Shown piece after piece: positions 1 to 8,883 of a DNA stretch of 64,000 bases (the stretch's first letter is position 1; every line of letters begins with the position of its first letter). Below the pieces are notes generated by a model. It was not told the origin of the DNA, did not search any database, and worked only from the letters and a program-made list of their open reading frames with translations. The DNA is taken from contig JAWOCT010000065.1 of assembly GCA_046483675.1 (NCBI GenBank), positions 21,499 through 85,498 on the forward strand, read 5' to 3'. The translations under genes and the position numbers were made by a program. Origin of the DNA: Cyclonatronaceae bacterium (GTDB lineage Bacteria; Bacteroidota; Rhodothermia; Balneolales; Natronogracilivirgulaceae).

Positions 1-302
1 CCAAGCCGTCCGAGGGAATCAAGCCGCACCCCGTTCTGATCGGCCTTGAGGATGCGATGGCGCCCGGATTCCACAATGAACAGGTTGCCGAGTGCGGAGG
101 AACGGACACTCCGTGCATCGCGCAGACCGATCATCAACAGCTCCGCTTCGCCTACACCCGGCCGGAGATCGGAAACCTCCGCCATGACCCTGGAGGAAAG
201 CGCGCCCGTAATCCAGAATAAAGCAAGCCACAGCAACATCAGACCAGACTTGATCCAACAGTGCGGGGTGGATGACCTTGCATTCCGAATGGTTGGGTTC
301 AT
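1..302 (-). CDS. 5' part of a gene cut by the window edge; membrane-anchored protein with an NHL/beta-propeller-like repeat
   Basis: My own minus-strand translation from ATG (302-300) stays open to position 1. It is absent from the ORF track because it has no stop in the window. It reads MNPTIRNARSSTPHCWIKSGLMLLWLALFWITGALSS... followed by GNLFIVESGRHRILKADQNG, which resembles an NHL-type repeat. It starts 18 bp downstream of the purD stop. Confidence 0.4.
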   Translation of the reverse strand, partial: MNPTIRNARSSTPHCWIKSGLMLLWLALFWITGALSSRVMAEVSDLRPGVGEAELLMIGLRDARSVRSSALGNLFIVESGRHRILKADQNGVRLDSLGRL

Positions 303-320
303 CGCATTGTTCCTATGTCG

Positions 321-1703
321 TCAGGACCGTTTTAAACCCTTGGCCCCGATATCCCGCCGATAATACGCATTATTGAAAGATATCTTATCCACCTGTGCAT
401 AACAACCCTCTATGGCACTGCGCAGGTCCGGCCCCTTTGCCACGACACTGAGCACGCGTCCCCCGTTGGTGAGCAGTTTCCCGTTTTCCTGACGGGTTCC
501 GCTATGGAAGACCAGGGTTTCGTCCGATACACTGTCAACACCTGTTATCTCCTCCCCTTTGGTATACGCTTCCGGATATCCGCCGGAAGCCATCACCACA
601 CAGCAGAAATGCTCGTCGGACATATTCACTGTGGCTGAGTCCATCCCGGAGTTCACGGCGGCCAGCATCAGCTCAAGAAGATCGGATTTCAGTGCCGGCA
701 GCAGCACCTGGCACTCCGGGTCGCCGAAACGGCAGTTGTATTCGACCACTTTGGGCCCTTGTTCGGTAATCATGAGTCCAAGGTACAACACTCCCCGATA
801 GGCATGCCCTTCCAGTTGCATCGCTCCGAGGGTGGGGTAAAGAATGGTGTCTTCAACCAGCTGCAGCATGTGGTTGTCCATGACCGGTGCGGGTGCGTAG
901 GCTCCCATTCCACCGGTATTCAGGCCGGTATCGCCCTCCCCGATGCGCTTGTGATCCTGCGCAGACAACAGCAGCTGAGCATGGCGGCCATCGGTGATGG
1001 CAAAGAGAGAGGCTTCTTCGCCTTCCATGAATTCCTCGACAATCACGCGTCCGGCTGCTTTTCGAAGAGCAGCATCCTCACGGATGCGGCGCAGATGCTC
1101 CAGCGCTTCGGGTCGGTTGCGGCTGATGAACACCCCCTTGCCTGCAGCCAGCCCGTCGGCTTTGATGACGATGGGCCAGTTCTGGTTATCCACGGCAAGC
1201 CAACCTTCAAGATCGTCCAGGACCGTATCTCCTTCGAATTCGATCGAACGGGCCGTCGGGATCTGGTATTTGTGCATCAGCCATTTGGCAAAGCTTTTGC
1301 TGCCTTCCAGCTGGGCGGCGGCTTTCGACGGACCGAACACCTTATGGCCTCGCTCCTCCAGATAGTCGGTGATGCCATCCACGAGAGGCTGTTCGGGTCC
1401 AACCACAACCAAGTCAATTTTTTTATCCCGAACGAATACGGCTACAGCTTCAAACCACGTTTCAGAGCCGTCTTTTCGGGGCGCTTCCTGCCTGGTTGGC
1501 CCCTCGCCGCTGCGGTTTTCGGCCTGACTGCGGCTTCCGGCCGGGCCGTGTGTATTGATATCTACATTTTCCCCGTGCTGCGCCGTACCGGGATTGCCCG
1601 GTGAGATGTATAACCGGCCAAGCATCGGGGATCGGCTCAGGGACCACGCCAGGGCGTGTTCCCTTCCACCGGATCCGAGGATGAGTACATTGTTTTTCGC
1701 CAT
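321..1703 (-). CDS. purD: phosphoribosylamine-glycine ligase (GAR synthetase)
   Basis: N-terminal LILGSGGREHALAW, VVGPEQPL, LEGSKSFAK, ATP-grasp GLAAGKGV and EYNCRFGDPE motifs. Full-length architecture with one extra hydrophilic insert. Confidence 0.95.
   Translation of the reverse strand: MAKNNVLILGSGGREHALAWSLSRSPMLGRLYISPGNPGTAQHGENVDINTHGPAGSRSQAENRSGEGPTRQEAPRKDGSETWFEAVAVFVRDKKIDLVVVGPEQPLVDGITDYLEERGHKVFGPSKAAAQLEGSKSFAKWLMHKYQIPTARSIEFEGDTVLDDLEGWLAVDNQNWPIVIKADGLAAGKGVFISRNRPEALEHLRRIREDAALRKAAGRVIVEEFMEGEEASLFAITDGRHAQLLLSAQDHKRIGEGDTGLNTGGMGAYAPAPVMDNHMLQLVEDTILYPTLGAMQLEGHAYRGVLYLGLMITEQGPKVVEYNCRFGDPECQVLLPALKSDLLELMLAAVNSGMDSATVNMSDEHFCCVVMASGGYPEAYTKGEEITGVDSVSDETLVFHSGTRQENGKLLTNGGRVLSVVAKGPDLRSAIEGCYAQVDKISFNNAYYRRDIGAKGLKRS
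1510..1545 (-). repeat. degenerate 18-bp tandem duplication inside the purD insert
   Basis: ctgcggttttcggcctga / ctgcggcttccggccggg are adjacent and about 14/18 identical. They lie in frame within the hydrophilic PurD insert. Confidence 0.5.
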
Positions 1704-1718
1704 AAACTACACGTGAAG

Positions 1719-2489
1719 TTATTTTTGTCCGGCCGCAATGGCAACCAGCTCCGCGAAATCGTCCGGTTTCAGGCTGGCGCCGCCGATCAGGCCACCGTCG
1801 ACATCAGGTTGTTTGAGCAGTTCGTCGGCGTTTGCGGGCTTCATGCTGCCGCCATAGAGGATGCGCACCCGGCCAGCCGTTTCCCGACCGAACAGACCCG
1901 CCAGCTCTTTTCGGATGAAAGCGTGCATCTCCTGTGCCTGCTCGGGGGAAGCGGTCTCGCCGGTGCCGATAGCCCAAACCGGCTCATAGGCAATGACGAT
2001 ATTACTGACATCATCGGCTGAGAGACCAGCCAGCGAGCCGGCAGTTTGCTCTTTGACTACATCGAAGTGGCGTTCTTCCTTGCGCTCCGACAAGACCTCA
2101 CCTACACAGACAATGGGTTTGATACCATCGGCAAGTGCTTTTTTGACCTTTTTGTTGATGAGGGCATCGTCCTCGTTGAAGTATTCACGGCGTTCCGAAT
2201 GGCCCAGGATCACAAAATCGCAACCCAGCTCGTTCAACATGGTGGTACTGATTTCGCCGGTAAAGGCCCCGTTATCCTCAAAATGGACATTTTGCGCGCC
2301 AATTTTGACGGCACTTCCGGATTTTCTTGCTGAAAAGGCGGCCGGAAGGGATACAAAGGGCGGACACACAGCGGATTCCACGCTGTCATGCTTCTTCTGT
2401 GCGGCATCGTCCAGCCCGGCAAAAAAATCTTCCGTCTCTTTTGGACCCATATTCATCTTCCAGTTACCGGCTATCAAAAAGCTTCTCAT
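1719..2489 (-). CDS. tpiA: triosephosphate isomerase
   Basis: AGNWKMN, ILGHSERR, AYEPVWAIGTG and YGGS motifs; 256 aa. Confidence 0.95.
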   Translation of the reverse strand: MRSFLIAGNWKMNMGPKETEDFFAGLDDAAQKKHDSVESAVCPPFVSLPAAFSARKSGSAVKIGAQNVHFEDNGAFTGEISTTMLNELGCDFVILGHSERREYFNEDDALINKKVKKALADGIKPIVCVGEVLSERKEERHFDVVKEQTAGSLAGLSADDVSNIVIAYEPVWAIGTGETASPEQAQEMHAFIRKELAGLFGRETAGRVRILYGGSMKPANADELLKQPDVDGGLIGGASLKPDDFAELVAIAAGQK

Positions 2490-3874
2490 GAGATTTCTCC
2501 GTTGTTTATGATGTTATTTAATTCAATTAACAGTTGGTTCACGTTGTGTCCATGGAACTTGCGGATGATATGCCCCTGGCTGTCGATGAGGAAGCGAACG
2601 GGCATTTCATACACATTCCATCGCTCTTCAAGGTCAGATCCGGCGTAGGCCCCGGCCCGGGCCACGGGCCAGTCCTGACCTCGTTCGTCGTAAAAAGCCT
2701 CCACGGCGATCCGGCTCTGCTCCACCGGTATGGTTACAAACTGCACATCTTCCTGGCGGAATATCAGATGCAAGGTCTGAAGCCGGGGATAGGATTCCTG
2801 GTACATGCGATCGGCCAGGGAGACCACCTCGATCATGGCGGGCGCACCCTGCAGATCCTGCAGGCCAATCCGGCGTGCCACAGCCTCATCACCGGCGTCT
2901 TCCAGGAACTCCAGATCAAAAGGCGGCAGTGCCATGCCCGGCGAAAGCTGCTCCACATCATAACGTATTACATTCAGCCATGCCCCGGCATCCTCATCCG
3001 CGCCGAAATCATTCTCATAATCCCGGATACGCACTCGGGCGTCATCGATTCGGGAACTGTCGTACAGCACCTCGATCCGGTTTTTGGCAATCCGCAAACG
3101 TGTATCCCTGGACCGGCTTTCCGCTTCCAGGGAATCGATCCATGCCATGGCACTGTCGAGGCCCTTGCGGTTTAGCACCGACATGAAACCGAACCGCGCG
3201 GCCAGCATACGGATATCCTCATGATCTCCGTACTCGCGCAGCCGCTGCATCAGCAGCTCATCATTGCGCTCTTCCAGCATCCGCATGGACTCCCGCGCCG
3301 CAATCCTGGCCGCCACGGTTTCCGGCCATGTTTCAAATATCTCCCAGAAGATGGTGCTCCAGTTGTCGAGCACATGGGGGATGGTATCCGGTGCAATACC
3401 GCCGGCCGCCGCGATCCGGATCACGCGGTTGTATTGCCGCTCCACCCTGTTCAGTGTGCGCATGGCCTCATTTTCAGTGGACAGGATCCGGGCATGGCCG
3501 GCAAAACGGGGCAATACACCTTCGATTTGCACCGTGTCCCGGTGGGCAAGGATCAGCGTGGTATCGGCGACCCGGCGCTGGTTCCGGTGCAGATGCAGCG
3601 TGTAGGCACCCTGGCCGGGGAATGTCGCTCTGGCGTCAAAAACACCGTCGGAATCCGTGTAAGCCCGATAGAGGGTATCCGGGCTGCCGGTAAAGTCCAG
3701 GATATAGACTTCTGTGCCGCTGTGTCCAAGTGTGTCATTCACCTCCCCGTTGATGGATATCGTACCATGCACACGGGTTTCGGCGACTGTGCGTGACGTC
3801 TCCTCCTCACCGGAACCGCTGCAGTTGGCAAGGAAAAAGAGAAGCAACAGGGGAAAGGCCCTCAGCGCGGACAT
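2486..3874 (-). CDS. lipoprotein with a CarboxypepD_reg-like N-domain and a C-terminal TlpA/AhpC-like thioredoxin fold lacking CXXC
   Basis: The internal Met at 3874 gives the signal/lipobox MSALRAFPLLLLFFLANC. The C-terminus (PPFDLEFL...IEVVSLADRMYQES...VQFVTIPV...MPVRFLIDSQGHIIRKF) matches the TlpA-like layout, but the WCxxC position reads SLADR. The only Cys in the mature protein is the lipobox Cys. The ORF stays open up to 4090, so the start is uncertain. A 4-bp overlap with the tpiA start suggests coupling. Confidence 0.7.
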   Translation of the reverse strand: MSALRAFPLLLLFFLANCSGSGEEETSRTVAETRVHGTISINGEVNDTLGHSGTEVYILDFTGSPDTLYRAYTDSDGVFDARATFPGQGAYTLHLHRNQRRVADTTLILAHRDTVQIEGVLPRFAGHARILSTENEAMRTLNRVERQYNRVIRIAAAGGIAPDTIPHVLDNWSTIFWEIFETWPETVAARIAARESMRMLEERNDELLMQRLREYGDHEDIRMLAARFGFMSVLNRKGLDSAMAWIDSLEAESRSRDTRLRIAKNRIEVLYDSSRIDDARVRIRDYENDFGADEDAGAWLNVIRYDVEQLSPGMALPPFDLEFLEDAGDEAVARRIGLQDLQGAPAMIEVVSLADRMYQESYPRLQTLHLIFRQEDVQFVTIPVEQSRIAVEAFYDERGQDWPVARAGAYAGSDLEERWNVYEMPVRFLIDSQGHIIRKFHGHNVNQLLIELNNIINNGEIS

Positions 3875-3983
3875 AAGGTTGGCACAACGGTCAGCAGCCT
3901 GCCCGACGACCGGACCTGTGATGCATCCACCCTCCACCGGCAGTCGCCTGGTATGTTTAGAGAACCGTTCCAGCCCCCATGCA

Positions 3984-4019
3984 ATGCAGCCGGGCTTCTT
4001 AATGCAGCCGGGCTTCTTC
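3984..4019 (-). repeat. 18-bp tandem duplication (2 copies)
   Basis: atgcagccgggcttctta / atgcagccgggcttcttc are adjacent and 17/18 identical. If the long ORF starting at 4090 is used, they would encode KKPGCI-KKPGCI. Confidence 0.8.
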
Positions 4020-4093
4020 AGGATTTGATTGTAATGCTTCTCACCGTCCTGCTTTCTGTCTTTCATAGTGCGTATGTTCATTGATTCCATCTG

Positions 4094-5557
4094 TCAGGCC
4101 TGTTCCCTGATTTTATTTTGAACCATTTCCCGCACCATGCCTGGATTGGCCTTCCCCCGGGATTTTTTCATGATCTGGCCAATGAAGAACCCTATGAGTC
4201 CCTCCTTCCCTGCCAGGTAACGCTGCACTTCCTCCGGATTTTCGCGCAGTACTTCCTCCACGATCGGTTCGAGAAAGCCGGTATCGGAGACCTGAAGCAG
4301 GTTCTTCTCGCGCGCCAGGGCCTCGGCATCGGCATCCGATTCCGATCCTGCTTCCACCATGACATTGAGCAACGTCTGCATGGCCGATGAGCTGATCTTG
4401 TCCTCTTCCCGCAACGCCACCAATCCGGCCAGACGCTCCGGCGACACCGGAAAATCCGTAATGCCGAACCCCTTTTCATTCATGATCCGGCGAATTTCGG
4501 TAATAAACAGGTTGGCTACCGGCTTGGCGGGAGCGCCGTGTCCCAAAACCGACTCGAAAAAATCAGCAAGGGGCCGGTCTTCGGTGAGCACAGTGGCATC
4601 ATATTCAGGCAGCTTGTAGTTGGACATGTAACGGCGGCGGCGTGCTTCGGGCATCTCGGGGATATCCATCCGGATCTCCTCCAGCATCTCATCGGTCACG
4701 ATCACCGGCGGAATGTCCGGTTCCGGGAAGTAGCGGTAATCATGGGCCTCTTCCTTGGTACGCATCTGCCTGGTCCTCATCTCGCCCGGATCCCAGAGCA
4801 AGGTTTGCTGTATAACCGTGGCACCCGAGCGGACCAGGTCCTTCTGCCGCTCTACCTCATAGGTCAACGCCCGCTCCACATTCCGGAAAGAGTTGAGGTT
4901 CTTGATCTCGGTCCGGGTGTTGAATTCTTCCTGTCCGACCGGTCGGATGGAAACATTGGCATCGCAGCGCAAACTGCCTTCCTCCATATTGCCATCGCAG
5001 ACGCCCAGGTAACGAACGATCTGCCAGATCTTGCGCATGTAGGCACCCGCTTCCTCCGGACTCCGGATATCCGGCTCTGACACGATTTCCAGCAGCGGGG
5101 TACCTGCACGGTTCAAATCGATGAGTGTGTTGTGCGGATCCTGATCGTGGATGGATTTGCCCGCGTCCTCTTCCATGTGGATGCGGGTGATGCCGATCCG
5201 CCTGGTCTGCCCATCCACCAGATCGATATCCAGGTGACCGTCGTAGCAGATCGGCGTCTCGAACTGTGAGATCTGATAGCCCTTGGGCATATCCGGATAG
5301 AAATAGTTTTTCCGGGCGAAAATGGATTTGGAGCGTATTTTGCACCGGGTTGCCAGGCCCAGTTTCACCGCATAGCGGATCAGGTTTTCATTCGGTACGG
5401 GAAGGGTGCCCGGATGCCCCAGGCAAAGCGGGGTGACATTGGTATTCGGAGCCGATCCAAACCGGTTGGATACCGGAGCGAAAGCCTTGGATTCGGTGAG
5501 GAGTTGGGCGTGTACTTCCAGTCCTATTACGGTTTCGAATTGCGTATCCACGCTCAT
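4094..5557 (-). CDS. gatB: Asp-tRNA(Asn)/Glu-tRNA(Gln) amidotransferase subunit B
   Basis: IGLEVHAQL, HMEEDAGK, LRCDANVS and EEAHDYRYFPEPD motifs, plus a C-terminal GatB/YqeY tail; 487 aa. Confidence 0.95.
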   Translation of the reverse strand: MSVDTQFETVIGLEVHAQLLTESKAFAPVSNRFGSAPNTNVTPLCLGHPGTLPVPNENLIRYAVKLGLATRCKIRSKSIFARKNYFYPDMPKGYQISQFETPICYDGHLDIDLVDGQTRRIGITRIHMEEDAGKSIHDQDPHNTLIDLNRAGTPLLEIVSEPDIRSPEEAGAYMRKIWQIVRYLGVCDGNMEEGSLRCDANVSIRPVGQEEFNTRTEIKNLNSFRNVERALTYEVERQKDLVRSGATVIQQTLLWDPGEMRTRQMRTKEEAHDYRYFPEPDIPPVIVTDEMLEEIRMDIPEMPEARRRRYMSNYKLPEYDATVLTEDRPLADFFESVLGHGAPAKPVANLFITEIRRIMNEKGFGITDFPVSPERLAGLVALREEDKISSSAMQTLLNVMVEAGSESDADAEALAREKNLLQVSDTGFLEPIVEEVLRENPEEVQRYLAGKEGLIGFFIGQIMKKSRGKANPGMVREMVQNKIREQA

Positions 5558-5622
5558 AAATAATGTCAGACGGTGAAAAATTCCGGTTGCTCTTCAGCAG
5601 GCCAAAATAAGAATTTTTCTGA

Positions 5623-6045
5623 CTACCTGGAGGTGTGTTTTCCGAATTCTTCGTACTCGCGACGGATCTGGTAGTGGTAGCCGTCGTAATTGTAGACATT
5701 GCGGAAGCCCATTTCCACCATGCGGCGGGATGCGATGCGGCTGCGGTTCCCCGAATTGCAATAGATCAGGTAGGTTTCATCCCGGTCCAGTTCGTCAACA
5801 GCCCGGTTGAATCCGGGATGGCCCAGATTGATGGTCAATGCCGTGGCCACTTTGCCGTTATTCCACTCTTCGGGGGTTCGCACATCGATAATCACTGCGT
5901 TAGAATTCTCGAGAAATTCGGCAAGGTCGCCGGGACGGACATTGGAGTAGCCGGCATTCTGTGCACTTGAACTGCAGGATGCAAGGAGCAGTAAAATCCC
6001 AATTGAGAAAATGTTTAAAAGGCACTTGTTGATCGATGAAAACAT
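5623..6045 (-). CDS. rhodanese-domain sulfurtransferase, lipoprotein
   Basis: Single rhodanese domain (IIDVRTPEEW; active-site loop YCNSGNRS). The Met at 6045 gives the signal/lipobox MFSSINKCLLNIFSIGILLLLASC. The ORF stays open to 6084. Confidence 0.8.
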   Translation of the reverse strand: MFSSINKCLLNIFSIGILLLLASCSSSAQNAGYSNVRPGDLAEFLENSNAVIIDVRTPEEWNNGKVATALTINLGHPGFNRAVDELDRDETYLIYCNSGNRSRIASRRMVEMGFRNVYNYDGYHYQIRREYEEFGKHTSR

Positions 6046-6216
6046 GGTTTGAGCGGGTTTCTCTTTTTGGTTAGTGCGTATCACCCTGGTTCGTGCGTAT
6101 CAACCGAAGCAGGAATGTGGTTATCGGCAGCGGGCCGGCAACGGGATCGAATCCGAAAAAATTGAATCCGGAAAGATTTATCGCCATAACGCACAAAAAA
6201 CAAAATCATTGGACGC

Positions 6217-7275
6217 TCACTTCGGGGCCGGAACCTGCTGTGTAATACAGTGGATCGACCCTTGGCCCCAGACCAGATCGGTGCACGGGATGCCCATGAT
6301 TTTCCGGTCAGGAAAAAGTCTCTTGAACAGCTTCAGCACCTGGTCATCGTATCGCTTGTCATAGAGCGGTACCAGCACGCACCCGTTGGCGATATAAAAA
6401 TTGGTATAGCTGGCAGGCACATACTCCGAGCCGTCCACCGTTTTGTCACCGATACGCGTTGCCGGCAGCGGCAATTCGATCACTTCAAAGTGCTTGCCCC
6501 GGCAATCGGTGGTCTGTTGCAGCATTTTGCTGTTTTCACGCAAAATGTCATAATTCGGATCCCCGGGATCATCGCTCACCGAAGTTACGATGGTACAGGG
6601 TGCCACAAAGCGGGCCAGATCGTCGATATGGCCGTCCGTGTCATCTCCCCTCAGACCCCTTTTCAGCCAGATGACATGTTTCACCCCCAGGTAGGTCCTG
6701 AGGTTTTTCTCAATCTGAAACCGGCTCATTTCGGGATTCCGGTTCGGATTGAGCAGGACGGACTCCGTGGTCAGTACAAATCCGATGCCGTTGACTTCGA
6801 CAGAACCCCCCTCCAGGATCATTCCCGGCGAGACAAGCGGAATATCAAAAAGATCGGCCAGCCTGTACGGCACATTGTTGTCATCTTCGAATGGTGGGTA
6901 CTTGCCGCCCCAGGCGTTGTACCCCCAGTCACACATGACCTGTCGGGGTTTTTCTCCCGTCCCGTCTTTTCGGAACAGGGTCATCGGACCGTAGTCGCGG
7001 ATCCAGACGTCATTGGTCGGCATGCGGATCAACCTGATGCGGCTCCAGTCGATATTGCGTTTCTGGATCATGGACGCGGCCGCCTGATTCGCCTCATCAT
7101 TGGCCACCAGCAGGCAGATCTTTTCATATGGAGCCAGCGCCTCCAGGATATCGGCGTAGACATGCTCGGCACGGTTCAGACACACCCCTGGCCATGTTTC
7201 CCGGTTGTCCGGCCATGTCATCAGCGTCATCTGATGAGGGGCCCATTCCGGAGGCATTTTGAACTTGTACGGCAT
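6217..7275 (-). CDS. aguA: agmatine deiminase (PAD_porph family)
   Basis: MPPEWAPH, WIRDYGP, DGHIDD and the C-terminal catalytic GGSIHCITQQ. The start is ambiguous (7338, 7275 or 7257). Confidence 0.88.
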   Translation of the reverse strand: MPYKFKMPPEWAPHQMTLMTWPDNRETWPGVCLNRAEHVYADILEALAPYEKICLLVANDEANQAAASMIQKRNIDWSRIRLIRMPTNDVWIRDYGPMTLFRKDGTGEKPRQVMCDWGYNAWGGKYPPFEDDNNVPYRLADLFDIPLVSPGMILEGGSVEVNGIGFVLTTESVLLNPNRNPEMSRFQIEKNLRTYLGVKHVIWLKRGLRGDDTDGHIDDLARFVAPCTIVTSVSDDPGDPNYDILRENSKMLQQTTDCRGKHFEVIELPLPATRIGDKTVDGSEYVPASYTNFYIANGCVLVPLYDKRYDDQVLKLFKRLFPDRKIMGIPCTDLVWGQGSIHCITQQVPAPK

Positions 7276-7386
7276 CGATCTCCTGTCCAGTCGATTGTTA
7301 ACCAATGGAATCCACCCAATGGAACTTGACATCTGCAATTTACGGGAAAAAAGGAAACGATGTGGCCGCCCGCTGAAATCCCATTC

Positions 7387-8760
7387 CTACTTCACATACA
7401 CCGTTTTGATGTTGGTGAATTCCCGGATACCGAGCCAGGACAGTTCGCGGCCGTATCCGCTGGTCTTGATGCCGCCGAAAGGCAGACGGGGATCGGATTT
7501 CACGAACTCGTTGACAAAGCACGACCCTGCTTCCAGCTCCTCTGCCGCAATTCGGCGCCCGCGGGCCACATCGCCGGTGAACACGGCCGCTCCTAGTCCG
7601 AATACCGACCGGTTCGCCAGGACGACCGCTTCTTTTTCATCTCTGGCAGAAACAATGGCAGCAACCGGACCGAACAGCTCCTCATCGAAGCCCGCCATGC
7701 CCGGCTTGATCCCTGTGAGAACCGTAGGAGGATACCAGGCACCTTTGCGATCGGGCATATCGCCTCCCAGCACGCACCGGCCCCCCTGCGAAATCGATCT
7801 CTGCACCTGTTCGTGCAGCTCGTCCCTCAAATCTTCCCGTGCCATAGGTCCCAGTGCGACCCCTTCCTCCATCGGATCACCCATTTCGGAAGCTTTCATC
7901 CCTTCCAGGAATTTTTCCGTGAATTCATCCAAAACAGACTCCACCACGATAAAGCGCTTGGCGGCAATGCAGCTTTGACCGCCGTTGATCAGGCGGCTGG
8001 TGACGCAGGTCGATGCAGCCGCGGCGATATCCGCATCCTCAAGTACGATATACGGGTCACTGCCCCCAAGTTCCATAACCGTCTTTTTCAGCATCTTGCC
8101 CGCCTTGGAAGCTACCGCGCTCCCGGCCGGGCCGCTGCCTGTGAGCGTGGCAGCCTTGACATATTCATGCTCCAGCAGTTCATCCACCCAGGAGGTTTTA
8201 ATGAGCAGGGACCGGAAGGCATCGCGGGGAAATCCGGCATCCCTGAACACTTCTTCTATAGCCAGCGCCGAACCGGGTACGTTGCTGGCATGCTTAAGCA
8301 GGCCGGTGTTCCCGGCCATCAGCGCAGGTGCCGCAAAACGGAACACCTGCCAGAACGGGAAATTCCATGGCATCACTGCCAACACCACACCCAGCGGATT
8401 GTACGTAACAAAACTTTCCGAAGCATCGGTCTCCACCGGCTCCTCGGCAAGGAACTGCTCTGCATGATCTGCATAGTAGTCGCAGACCCATGCGCATTTC
8501 TCTACTTCCGCCACAGCCGATTTCAGCGTCTTGCCCATCTCCAGCGTAATCATCTCCCCGTAACGCGAGGCCCGGTCGCGCAGCAGACCGGCCGCACGCT
8601 TCATCAGACGGCTTCGCTCAGCGAATGACGTGTTCTTCCACTCCAGCCAGGTCTGGTGGCTCCGATCCACCACTTCCCACATCTCATCCTTGTTCATGCG
8701 GTCGTACGTGCGAATGGTTTCGCCGTTGGCGGGATTTATCGACTTCATATTCATACTCAT
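7387..8760 (-). CDS. NAD(P)-dependent aldehyde dehydrogenase, succinate-semialdehyde dehydrogenase-like
   Basis: ALDH family: PWNFP, ELGGSDP (catalytic Glu), GGQSCIAAKRF (catalytic Cys) and the C-terminal GGIKTSGYGRE; 457 aa. Confidence 0.85.
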   Translation of the reverse strand: MSMNMKSINPANGETIRTYDRMNKDEMWEVVDRSHQTWLEWKNTSFAERSRLMKRAAGLLRDRASRYGEMITLEMGKTLKSAVAEVEKCAWVCDYYADHAEQFLAEEPVETDASESFVTYNPLGVVLAVMPWNFPFWQVFRFAAPALMAGNTGLLKHASNVPGSALAIEEVFRDAGFPRDAFRSLLIKTSWVDELLEHEYVKAATLTGSGPAGSAVASKAGKMLKKTVMELGGSDPYIVLEDADIAAAASTCVTSRLINGGQSCIAAKRFIVVESVLDEFTEKFLEGMKASEMGDPMEEGVALGPMAREDLRDELHEQVQRSISQGGRCVLGGDMPDRKGAWYPPTVLTGIKPGMAGFDEELFGPVAAIVSARDEKEAVVLANRSVFGLGAAVFTGDVARGRRIAAEELEAGSCFVNEFVKSDPRLPFGGIKTSGYGRELSWLGIREFTNIKTVYVK

Positions 8761-8773
8761 GGGGTCCTCCTGG

Positions 8774-8813
8774 TTTTGGGATACCGAATTAATTTTTTGG
8801 ATACTGAACTAAT
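8774..8813 (-). promoter_or_regulatory. 20-bp direct repeat (2 copies plus a partial third) just upstream of the aldehyde dehydrogenase start
   Basis: ttttgggataccgaattaat / tttttggatactgaactaat are 17/20 identical and lie 14-53 bp upstream of the start codon at 8760. The 20-bp spacing is about two helical turns. Confidence 0.35.
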
Positions 8814-8883
8814 TGGATTGCTATACATTGACTGGCGGCAACATTGATACCTGAAACGAAGTCATCCACTCGAGGTGTGAATT

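Noticed and set aside
759-1604. Long antisense or alternative-frame ORFs throughout the track. Examples: 759..1604 (+), 6250..7329 (+), 13075..14001 (-), 23509..24909 (-), 29317..30228 (+), 35730..36812 (+), 53843..54937 (-), 55605..56699 (+) and 63107..63985 (+).
   Set aside because: Each lies opposite to or overlapping a gene with unambiguous conserved motifs. Their translations are Arg/Gly/Pro/His-rich with no recognisable motif, as expected for stop-poor antisense frames in GC-leaning DNA.
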